Assembly (NCBI GenBank): GCA_023334545.1
Contig: JAADVB010000035.1
Coordinates: 1 to 64,000 of the forward strand
Direction: 5' to 3'
DNA: 64,000 nt
From: Salisapilia sapeloensis CBS 127946
Taxonomy: Eukaryota; Protista; Oomycota
The translations under genes and the position numbers were made by a program. The first letter of the stretch is position 1. Each line of letters begins with the position of its first letter. Of this stretch, positions 34,701-38,377 are shown in pieces. The notes under the pieces were generated by a model, which had not been told where the DNA came from, did not search any database, and saw only the letters and a program-made list of their open reading frames with translations.

Positions 34701-36003
34701 AGCTACTAATGGAAAAGCCTTTGAGTGCGCTAGTGGATCCTGTAATGGTGCAACGTATGACCTTGTCATCCGGCAGCAGGTGCACGGCACGGATCCACCG
34801 GCATGCATTGGCAGTCAGGTCGTTCCGCAGAATTACGGAGCTCTTACACAAGGCAAATTCTACTATGTACGCGTCTATGCTTACAACGAGATCGGCTACA
34901 GCCTCCCGGCCTTGGCACCAAGTCCACAGAAACCTATGGTGGTTCCTGGTCCACCGAATAGTGTGGTACTGAAGGTTGCTAGCATAGCTGAGCTCAAGGT
35001 GTCTGTAAACCCACCGTCGGACAATGGTGGAGACACGATCGTCAAGTACGAAGTCGAATGGGCACTCGACAACGCATTTAGCTCTGACGTCAAGACTGGT
35101 AACCTCGTCAACCTTGCTGGTGGAGCACCGTACCACTACTTTATCACTGGATTGGTCAAAGGTACTTTCTATTATGTCCGTGTCCGCGCTGGGAACTCCC
35201 AGGGTGTGGGGCAGTATCAGCTCTCTTCCCCACAATCTTTGAATCCGAGTACGAAACCTGGAGCGCCGAGTAAAGTTCGTCTCGGAGTAACATCGTCGAC
35301 GCTGCTGACGGTACAGTGGCGCCCACCAACTGATGATGGTGGAGATAGTATCACAGCATACGTCATTCAATGGGACATCTCGGGCAACTTTGATTCGTAC
35401 AACTTGGACGACAATACGAAGACAATCTCCGACATTTCTCAGCGGTCGTACACGTTTAGTGTTCTCTCTCAAAACGTTTATTACGTTCGAGTGAGTGCTG
35501 TAAATGCCAATGGTATCGGCACACCTCAAGCATCTGAGCCGCTATCTGCCCAACCGGCTTTCACTCGTCCTGGCAAGCCTCATAGTCTTCGAGCTGAAAG
35601 CACTGCTGCAGGTGAGCTGCTGATTGAGTGGCAGCCACCTATAATCCCAGCACATGGCATTCCTTGTGGAGGTACGCTACGAAATCCAGCTTCTTGTCCA
35701 CTCGAGAACGGACTGGAAGTTGTGTTTGGTGGCAACAAGTTGGGCACGTACTTGGTCCATTGGTCGGAAGATAGCAAGTTTAGTGGTCCGGCCATTGACG
35801 AAGTGAAAGAGACGTCATATCGAGTCACTGGTCTCAATTCCGGCACGACGTACTACGTACGAGTACTTGCGGAGAATACGAACCGAGAGAAAGGTGACTT
35901 TTGCTTCACAGAGAACAAGGACGGATACTACTGTCCGAATGACCTTGTACTCGAAGATGGATCCGTCGTTCACTCGAACACGGTCTCGGCGACGGTCTTG
36001 TAG
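13714..36003 (+). CDS. Giant secreted protein, 7429 aa, intronless: about 15 FN3 domains (many split), about 37 'EVQ...GxFxLxF...WxxTF' modules and interspersed 'GDxIxIxG' modules; no C-terminal anchor
   Basis: One 22.3-kb ORF with a signal-peptide-like start (MRSMLSVLGIAVACWTPVRG). FN3 hallmarks (W.PP..DGG..I..Y.IEW; Y.I.GL.PG..YYVRV.A.N..G.G) and a recurring ~100-aa module counted by eye. Ends ...NTVSATVL with no hydrophobic TM or GPI stretch. Confidence 0.95.
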   Translation: MLFGALPMRSMLSVLGIAVACWTPVRGLDTSILQFSPQFVPHPPPNVSISAYDANSMRVQFLPPRDGVESAKPEGDNGAPVIGYTIEVARGMHEVHQFSVTASGALSSGEYKLEFTNADGTSESTRCIPWDASETTFEMALEELSIIDTVSVSRSEHSGETLGYDYLVEFDGADLVRGEQPNELQGAVDNCKPISPINRQLTFASSRVTHGTLGYTPEIWMVMTDETTRTKLVGGHFDLSIGFDGGWEDTTVTGTVDAGSSIVLTSISMVGKVNRGDKVLIGNQQFTIHPSALFTDEMMPLSSYHTLGAKDANIFKVETAIGDVWVEQASSEVKTAEDLTTYFAADEHIKIGAYEFAISSITSTKIDLQAIGSGPDKWPDADQRHITAYCRLKVRVDANADAVEMKRALSWLPGVGAVDVSRQGPTAVNGYRWFITFQSLGALVNCPQSPCLHADKVTGMDTLLVDAVGDACVDCLVQDIVWQAGSSVTQSQASNALFPPSSVVATYEIGGVVNEVQELWTSASANDLFGTFQINFLSALMEEDVTVNHDESAEDLQTKLELIPSIGRVNVLRSTNDVFGFTWTITFLTNTGDLPLLTILNEKLTGTDPTVSVQERVKGVGVPFEAVIDDLSPEESYYVRAFARNKNGFSLGSESLQVVGRGALPFATTVGSAPDPPTLIGNWPLSETQVNVMMREPMSNGDPIERYIVEYAMGSSFGTAPVKEFHIHSNAPFDIAGSFQLQYGDESLPMLPADASAQVVANALNAVKNLRPVQVSRYMYVLTGDVTSAANSFSAAGNMIVTTPLTKHQCEMLSAGSMILFDEHVFVVSSTPKVDDEAVHVQADHGQADSNPVDSRLFKLDTTGAEIGPFGYQWLVTFPYEVEDFAGGNYPGLQLHPSLYSVESQVPLTVGLTDVTPGVPPDYHGQVVVSTASDCDMYTIGAPSNVQMLQFHASKALVDGGYTLQLGSETTDCITLDTINNVGDLRDRLLNDLTYVKRVDVHKERNFKVLVIAGSADSHVHTFDKDTLKITISSGLTASEAEMLQKDAIIQVSRNPNDFTRESCELQVTAQPSTGSSIVSVANFGACASFSGERRSLRVLNSYDYKIHFWGSYPTGQWPTLKIVQDDFGKGSCQVWTPSPNSVYATVHTIRYEGICAKGQEGTQTILADAKSAITGSFQFSYLGKETPLLSFSTTKAKAMQEQLDAITEAGMTSVTMSAFGTHGKAWHITFNQAHDVVDSIYIKHSFLAGDDVYISVYPTVLISTTAAKDDIRGTFNIILNGQTTEAIGYSATHAKVVQELEKMPDIYSVIALGQMNAGDVAVYALELIADTQASSSIIKNVRLNGDKIDPTLFLALGEEIVVNGEERTITSLSPVDITLDSGITTTTIDATVYAGLTTKETKFLPGFVGISALTKVVSATTGNDWIIMSDDHGLDGSVGEKIYIQGQELTIAEVSGAGVRVTPVYAGSDVNDATNSVYVFDNKLRTTEDVTAFIQDNDEIWIRYSDADIVQYTIRHAHADHLEVDGVFKESLVKASAHYAAYGRKWSLVFRSYIGDLNTIDALPGNDLRGTEVKIGIKTPNAVPARVATLGNPEVQQTVLLRASDPANLDAGATFALTFDGTTTSSLSWDASDVDVEQALKTVGADGVTVQAKSLADKGFFRTINFWGNYAARTLPLLEVTAFNPGTSLVSALVHGNAGVSRTKHYNTILNQDAEYVVRLFAANSFGLSTSLETYLLKTSTTSVFPSAPRAVNLGEYRGPDALSVNYFSPGYTGGKEITMYRLEWDSSPTFDSSSSDYGAATVQKQAEVQLVQISFKSDVDRDGWFTLSFGGQTSSLLRYDCSAEKMKEEIAMLTDTTSIGEDPVKIIRNKVSWGYTWKITFLNTPGDLALLRADASLLSGDSPRVFVTEVAKGSADISVGEFTNEVQEIYTDAATEMSGDFRLEFNGRRMIDPVSVDASALDMQLALQALTDTYAIKVSKRERNVEIKTAIWSVTFAYLQGEELVGSGDVFIIRVATTNLQDASASVNIAEKVYGTDPFRYSIEGLRPNVRYYLHVMAYNSMGFGSANSPMSTAMTCSQASPPTSIAVNVVSEQALQVAWSTAADANLGCATTKYSIEWYHPNAVQEVQLITTSATQGIREVQRLVNFASTESLNGYFQLSFGGERTQNLAWNAPAEGRGSVKERLERLSTIGTVQVTRQVSRRVVPNLFVTVSGDQVSVVVASSSSDFNDLTLPLDNTVWILGQPYQVNAKSQYALTIDQTVTIDAPVPIFINANGYEWIITFTSGHVGPQDIMEAHPTDNWSGNKGDIYCERVITGMEPMSGTFTVSFAHDGFSETTPPLAHDISANKMKDALEQLITIGEVDVARSPNGYGYNWLVTFLSELGDLAMLEVDGTELHGPNVDVHTATIETGVLPTGYCEQNGLSGSPALVSVPGSDIYTISALTKGAEYVIRVRGYNEEGYGYAGYSTPAIQVPRTKPTPPTSIELMALSQSMVKVIWSPPLDDGGAVISSYILEWDTLSTFANAASPNYDYRGILNVSPDDETPYYYNIPVIATNAHYIRIYAVNDQGTSDAGMSAQLSIVPANQVPGRPENVVAEALSNSVILVEWSPPSIEKNFYSGDGGLPITQYMIEWDTVDTFDNSIKTATVNAPATLYEIGGDDPITGVRSSELIEGTEYYIRVTAFNAEGSGASQVSDPEYVKAEKKAPTPPEELTLTVLPPDDVRAEWNFPAYDGGNTLMSYEIEWDDQDDFISGQMSSANVPIVREVQSVAISSDVVNEEQFIDATVEVINEQQTIRTKFDGKDEIQIVHTINNPVVDEVQYVRTKATDRNEVQELRLTAPDKNEIQAIRTSLPTDVLEIQTVKLVTKRVPEVQTWSISIATADPNDITGSLRLNFDNTACTHCQGMRTSSWTDDVIGALQVTDPADGLPIMQNGIDSLSNVDTGSIVVTNDRQDMNDGTFLFSFTFTFSGDDVIGDVASLTVDQNVFVNSNKVTNVDPTATPGPEGSEFSDNAASVFDLTYTCETYSDPNAILLVSSHCDPRSVGSSICDSCVTDFDGTQITLNQAVTVDADTWLVAGVCTFVVKDAVTGGTTITIVGNGKDVGQHCSPLDFDGVLLDLYEARQHKTSIPTKSSAYELTSAEQLYSLLSPNVQSVQVSEESFIDANYAGKTYKIAFLRPGTIPLLECDVSNVVLTSGNSADTRCEVVRDTPGSMIKGRFQVGLEAESLRNTGNIKMSDYLPWDATESMMKAALEAVEFTNSNGATESVFGTVQVKRSTYFVGNTKWSGGFTWQITFLSRGMNIPAMTVVNELLDVATQGVALEVEDADDTLLSPTGGAQNGNEIEGGIKFQYNGNTEECFVGATHIPPAELQIDDLVDGDLATCLGPLFPGGENDIVVTRSSVTQAGGFTWSITFVGQDVGGDVDEIEIVSSSLVPSSTERRIVESIPGNQLGGTFLLSFNGETTGPISATASANEIMSQLNGLRTIYPSRVEVSEGATQETASSQVQAKEWLITFKSSTWVDPEADHSTLVEGNWVGSPARWDDVWPTTGYSKAWGRQVGPLWAKNIRLACIKGGLTTTADDNTEDCQTGEEIPGQGPINGNFKLILDSQAGNLPAGHAMSKQMTVTSGLIAHNARATRIDSGGDGTSMQEILEEMENVGTVDVSRSSVDVDSGTYYWTITFLRDAYGPCEQEEESGSGERLCNSPGDIPRLAFDADATLMADGIVCDEDGASDGSNTCDGLTTQHGAVLRGDFTQLQVTGDPGVSTRYTLTPDCANINCPDPITEMSINSGEEQISTHLKPGDRFTLGTSICIFTVESVTTAPVKVVVDSLTCGDLDTNSARGLHMLLPWNAKESLVKRVLEASADVSKEVDEWIGGRKVLVERTIQGKYGEVSWSIRFISNPGYTPPGAGDLNDLDPVFEPSPISISYQVTVTPNQHGSDELSGFYTIDYYTNKPRDVSFDEPEDRLMRKINEFSTIGRVSVKRYRYPSVDTGCEDSDCSAGWDDLPVLQNRPRGGYRWQIRFMQSTGEYEGYTFPPGSGDASPLTVTKGSLAGASASVDLVNNQDGSPPVRGVFQLGRDSSITPELGYASSYKSVKEAIEDMDLYGEVDVVRSYLLTQKLRSVSASVTKDGSTAVVTTDTDIRQHIMPGDVIRFGVESSNNLIGTNGDTPLVSDLSMSYGTVSMGSPIVTAEEEVLNELYPDMHVRIDGLVYTIQQSGREVQALFVSTTVTEWDSDVLATSAFQLQFIGRGTSQTTNCLQFDALPSDVETELNAVNQNMLLPGMFAADDIKVTRSGPHISADNLRKSYTYYIYFQGSSVAGDVTTLDVASCAASDTSADASFETETMRHGGKVAHQRLSLATDSGYIDDPNGYYKLSIGAAKTNCLLWGGPASTIETELATLDVTKAVVSTSGTGVSVTAIQRLRLTSNTPVTTPQNGLFKLGLKLDGETTLTPCLDYGLSADSLENHLNTLIGKENVDHHIRVTRSGDGTASSGYGFEYLIHFEGPVSGGLSTILGSIKELQVYDLGKGACDPAAGGDPAINVETIREGKAGYTYDIYFLEYSAAAVPKLEIITDEAECPSSGWTQVGGNVRMPKIEQLELGGSSEVQTLTLQDSRDAAKPSYRLSFDGVETGGPCLLLGDLPSTLQQELATIPVIGTDGVYVSRDILTSASNGYVYSVTFVGKQVTGKVPLLSVIEYDDACSGQTDIATFDTAVERTVSGGSSPGSFALTTLYDGESPGEHIVYHIGQLFSVQEEQIEKYKIIIHNGGPTLIDTNAGTYRLEVDSHVTTSIMWNALESEVEEKIVTAISADKGDVVVTRKLDSAAAPNGYVYNVYFSARKWSSIDLAFLDDTSFNDGTVTVSEITPGGSEEAEPLLRQSIPLADLATPTTSARYLANSAANVNVYKVNGFFWTVKFKSAIGNIPALEKTTSNLLGGDLTVIDDFIRGSESDSFTIQNLIPGIPYYVRVAASSATGKGAFTPVKVVTPSGVPSAVRNFQSGHALYVQEVQEVRTAATYVSEVQTITTSAAEVSEVQTMLTSAPSSACLDNSCIHGSVAFRAPMIQTITISGEANINDGGQIRLLFERYETDEANLAGGNEGKLIPITAAETTGLLAWPLEASLIQQELEGLSSLSVGDIIVKQEDEGSASGYGATFSVSFIGTLVGGQTNLIQVLHEADGSCPECAKLETSEGDSCDISVSMNQDQAMGTDTAVQKVVVKAEKRLAAGSYKLEFDHLGAIRSSECIQFDAPPRGENSQTVENILERMLNIDSVYVTRTVDQTEAPNGFIYYIFFDGNAVHGSVNKMTVAYDTCTKFQTVENNVLTEITGSAEVFTIAKKFTDISTSTAEDLKEDLDQLPVFGRVVTSQSLKDAQGGLLWTVAFEEGQGNLPQFICVTGDDFEPAGFGSCITSTITDGNALDGTFVIESSQPIPYNAEAAFIKQAMEEMSWVGEVEVTRSSPTPQYGYSWTITYVDYLGDVPTLSIASSLTGAGSQIEVREDRKGNRIGGSFTLSYMGIETSAIACTAKAMAVDTGNDGTSMQEKLEALKNVGPVHVVRSMQDKQGGYSWLITFLDDKQNVGDIALLKSNGMSLTGAGVVAFTREIRKGAKAAGNQLWVSFDPPATDRGMSIAKYRVRWDTNAGFQADPKQAEITNSELLYRYQHIVTKAPSISWSAQHQQPVPATQHIIFNTGTSGTAFSVTFRGQTTVGSMVVDSSPAAASTTDDLLQKLENLHAIGPGALTILPTSSPISPGMSVEVTFHGVPGDVPPLSFSNSVATIQESTSITGYTPFRKEQVVLDCKGTTTTVTFTTGSQSTDIAEGVSLSQAEAKLEEIFGVEAGSIRVISTDGHEYFCSDAADTATIVFDRVYGEQELVVANLDKVTEACIKGYKYDTSIAKMSGTFQLGYKGVFTPMLNAESSADAIRYALENLPAISTIEATRDRSSQPIVNQGTVDAVQGQVYVTCSDASCDFASGAYGLPGDVILIDGTWYTIRTDTVSPALPSDRLFLGDLNGREIGYQGPSTNGLTVYEWAKGYVWTVGLLLVDELEYIQTRVPHFNPLDAHVSVTGSSCDKCHYVPGQSSSTLVRGQSYYLDANAFNSNGYGDDIVPIQATPRQVPNAPSNVNIVVISGVEIEVFFSPPYLSDSDISAYIVQWDTNPDFKHGLPICEACAVGLNGNQLTVTESSIENLPLTDVKFTIADENCQMMLKSVVGTKFTVEAGHGCSEFEDGNYPMYYYTYEPTYITNFDKQASVYRHLLKVPTPLTKYFVRVAAENSVAVQKVAYDGNPPNNRQWSTTLSAITADTVPDKPLSVDLLQFSGSALELQILPPVRDGKGEEGNAIEKYWILYDTSPTYDTEGIAPTEVNANSLEYLSDGRRIYHLTGLETGVVYYVQVKLRNSVGLSTAMAAQSAIAPEETPSETSLVRLSSPRSSSTPITTATVTWQPPTLNGGRDVDSYVVEWWTKKTRQEVQIIEITWDQAPAAEKFQLKFKKGTTEMFPLHITAENVRNSLMNVMVDGNPVIKHVSVTRRDINAGTGRQWIVTFTDEVNNAGDQPMIQIAFDSTYNYLNGRVFESISGIQVPLSNFPGTPEVQVLTIYHPTETVTGFFRLSFGGSGWSNHLSAEKVTTVELEAALEALPTIGQVTANEETGQAFERIWTITFNSNVGNLPAIVVDDTEILPDTNAFVGVKDGDNAVTSTGVLCLPNPTGCGGSWPDGVTDIADKARIGEVASGYGIFETQSADTLSYTISGLTPGVLYYASVAAKNYRGLGPRAASMPESIMPRLQVPNAPTNVLVDVKYGSATQLTVSYDAPTSDGGAPVWMYHIEYDQSFKFDSGGEQVHWCPTAPVNAVWTVQTTTSTSSEPIGRGFFKLELTRKGITETTHPIPWDAVSMADEEEGNSDVVHSKVFCTPCSDCSDKCESDEATGDGRVENSGSMQSKLEHLGMISDVKIKRTPNSGNDGGYTWSVTFLDIGDDFNLNVAATNGKAFECASGSCNGATYDLVIRQQVHGTDPPACIGSQVVPQNYGALTQGKFYYVRVYAYNEIGYSLPALAPSPQKPMVVPGPPNSVVLKVASIAELKVSVNPPSDNGGDTIVKYEVEWALDNAFSSDVKTGNLVNLAGGAPYHYFITGLVKGTFYYVRVRAGNSQGVGQYQLSSPQSLNPSTKPGAPSKVRLGVTSSTLLTVQWRPPTDDGGDSITAYVIQWDISGNFDSYNLDDNTKTISDISQRSYTFSVLSQNVYYVRVSAVNANGIGTPQASEPLSAQPAFTRPGKPHSLRAESTAAGELLIEWQPPIIPAHGIPCGGTLRNPASCPLENGLEVVFGGNKLGTYLVHWSEDSKFSGPAIDEVKETSYRVTGLNSGTTYYVRVLAENTNREKGDFCFTENKDGYYCPNDLVLEDGSVVHSNTVSATVL

Positions 36004-36148
36004 ACGTCGTAGTTGGTGGATAAAAGCAGCTTTAATTTACATTTTTTATCTTTTCATATACATTTTTTCTTTAGGTAGCTATAGTATAGCTCCAATTTCC
36101 TATATATGTGGCATTCCGTGGAAACAGAGCACACCACAAAGCAAAAGG

Positions 36149-37026
36149 ATGTCTCGCAAGGGCCGAGCGAAGGAGAATGTCGCGGGGGAGAGGTACGACT
36201 CCAATGCAGTTCAGGTGGATGGGTCAAGAGCAGGGCGTACGCGTCCGCATCCGGCAGGTATGCCCAACATGGCAGACATGATGGGTGGAATGGGCGGTGG
36301 AGGCGGCCCTGACATGCAGCAAATGATGGAGATGATGCAAAAGATGGGCATGGGTGGCCCTGGTGGTGGTGGAATGCCAGGCATGCCAGGCATGCCGAAC
36401 ATGTCTCTTCCTCCTGAGATGATGGGTCCTCCACCTCCCAAAATCGTCTACCAAGGTCTTCCGGAAGGCACTCCTGTTGAGAGGTTCTACACGTTCTACC
36501 CGAACTACATTAATGCGAAGAAGACGGTTCAGCAAGGTCGACGTATCCCGAAAGACAAAGCTTGTATACTTTCATGCCGTATCAGCAGATGCATATGATC
36601 ACTTATAGCTTATCAACGATAGGTCCGGATCCAATTGCGGATGAAATGTCGGAAGTCTGCTCTTACTTTAAGATCCCACATGCTCTCGAGGTACATTCTT
36701 TATGCCTAGACCATCCACGACTGGAGGTAGTAATAGTTGGAGCATAGCCTAGGAAAAAGTATCCTCGAGACTACATGGTATCAGGTCGTATTCGCGTTCG
36801 ACTAACGAAAGAGGACGGGACACCTGAGAACCCGGAAATCAAGAGCAAGAAGGACTTGATGATCAAGATGGCAGAGCTCATTCCGAGGCTACAGTCTCGT
36901 AAGACTCGTCTAGAACAGGAAGCTGCGGAGAAGGCGAAGAAGACGAATGCTGCGAGTACTCCTGCCACTGCCTCTGCTTCTGGCAGTGGCCACAAGAAGA
37001 AAGGAAAGAAGAAGGGAAAGAGATAA
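36149..37026 (+). CDS. SRP19: Signal recognition particle 19 kDa subunit with Met/Gly-rich N-terminal extension, 3 exons (36149-36563, 36623-36690, 36748-37026)
   Basis: FYPNYINAKKTVQQGRRIPKDKAC-PDPIADEMSEVC...ALE-PRKKYPRDYMVSGRIRVRLTKEDG...IKSKKDLMIKMAELIPRL matches the SRP19 fold; lysine-rich tail. Confidence 0.93.
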
Positions 37027-37079
37027 AGCTCAAAACAATACACAAAGCGGATCTGACGTCATCAGTCATTGTTTCGCCA

Positions 37080-38214
37080 TTACATGTCCGGTGGAGGACG
37101 TCGAGGTCCACGTCCACGACCCCGACCTCTACTAGGAGCAGACGGACGAGCAAACTCTTTTGGTTTATTTTCTTCACTGGATGGGGGAACGATAGCTGAA
37201 CGAATGTCTTCTGTCGCTGTCATGGGGTTATTAATCTCCACCTACATCACGTATTAAACACTTATGATTTAATAATCGTTCTAGTTAACGTACGTGGTGC
37301 TCAAATTGGATGCCAAGGTTGGCTGCTTCAGCTAAAAGAGTCGCCTTGGACGTCGAATAGACCATCTTGTCTTTAATAGGCGCATCCTCCGGGCAAATGT
37401 AGAGGAAGACTAGTTGGCATGAGTACACTTCTTCTGTATGACTATACCTGGGCTATAGTAGCTTACCTAGCGTCGAGTCATTTGATCCAGTGGATAGACC
37501 ACCTCGGTATCGATAGACGACAAAGCACGGGTTCTTCGGATCGATCGCAGAGTGGACGTCCATGAGCTCTAGTGTCTCGAGACTCTTGACTACATCCATG
37601 CTCTCGTCTTCCGATCGGATGCGAATGGCAATCCAGTCGAACTTTTCTTCTTGGAACAACGTCAGTTTCTCCTTCGCGTTCTGCGTAATGGAGAATGGGA
37701 TGACGCCCATGGCAGTAGACTTGACATTCGTATCTCGTTCGAGTCGAGATTCTTCCTTGACAATCCGCTCGGATTCAGTGAGAGGAGCATCTAGCGTCTG
37801 TCGGTTCTTGGCGCTTTGGAAGTTTTCAAGTGTCACTTCTTCTGGAGAAGTGGCATGGAATTCGCCCGTAAAGTAGTCGGCACCAAGCTGCTTTTTAAGC
37901 GAGTCTCGAGACGACGAGTAGAGCATCCGATCACGGACATTCGCACTCTCCGGAACGAACGACAGAAGCACCCAGCGTCTAGCTGGAACGCTCACATCCA
38001 TACAAAAGAGGATGAATGCAGCATCGTTTGCATCGAGGTGCTTCGTCACGAGCTCCTCACAGTCTCGTTCGATCTCATTCGACGCAGGACCGACAGCTGC
38101 AGGGAAGAACGCTTCCTCCCGAATCACTGCTTTCACAAAACGTACATCTGAGCCCTGTGCGTCCGTAAAAGCATCCTTTAGCTCGGAGCTTAGTCGCAAA
38201 TTCGCTTTCGCCAT
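37080..38214 (-). CDS. TWF: Twinfilin (two ADF-H domains), 3 exons (38214-37467, 37409-37294, 37241-37080)
   Basis: WVLLSFVPESANVRDRMLYSSSRDSLKKQLG, then a second ADF-H domain VFLYICPEDAPIKDKMVYSTSKATL, and a basic tail FARPSAPSRGRGRG. Introns of 57 and 52 nt. Confidence 0.92.
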
Positions 38215-38377
38215 CTCCGAAAGAAGATCGAATCGACTTTGGTATCACATGGTGTCTACGTCATCTAGCTACATTGCCCCTTTTCTATCCCTATATCCTA
38301 TACACAAGCTACAAGAAGGAGCGAAATGCGTCGTGTTGGTTGCCTTATTTTCCTATAAAAAGACCCAAAGGGCTGCC

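Noticed and set aside
34275-35529. Antisense ORFs of 177 and 279 aa inside the giant gene
   Set aside because: No motifs; expected by chance along a 22-kb coding region.
13714-36003. Calling the giant protein titin
   Set aside because: It has a signal-peptide-like start and no recognisable Ig-I-set, PEVK or kinase regions; similarity is limited to generic FN3.
35867-36148. ORF-track start for SRP19 at 35867
   Set aside because: Overlaps the end of the giant gene and crosses an AT-rich intergenic tract; the ATG at 36149 is more plausible.
37069-37257. Short RG-rich plus-strand ORF
   Set aside because: It is the antisense of twinfilin exon 3.
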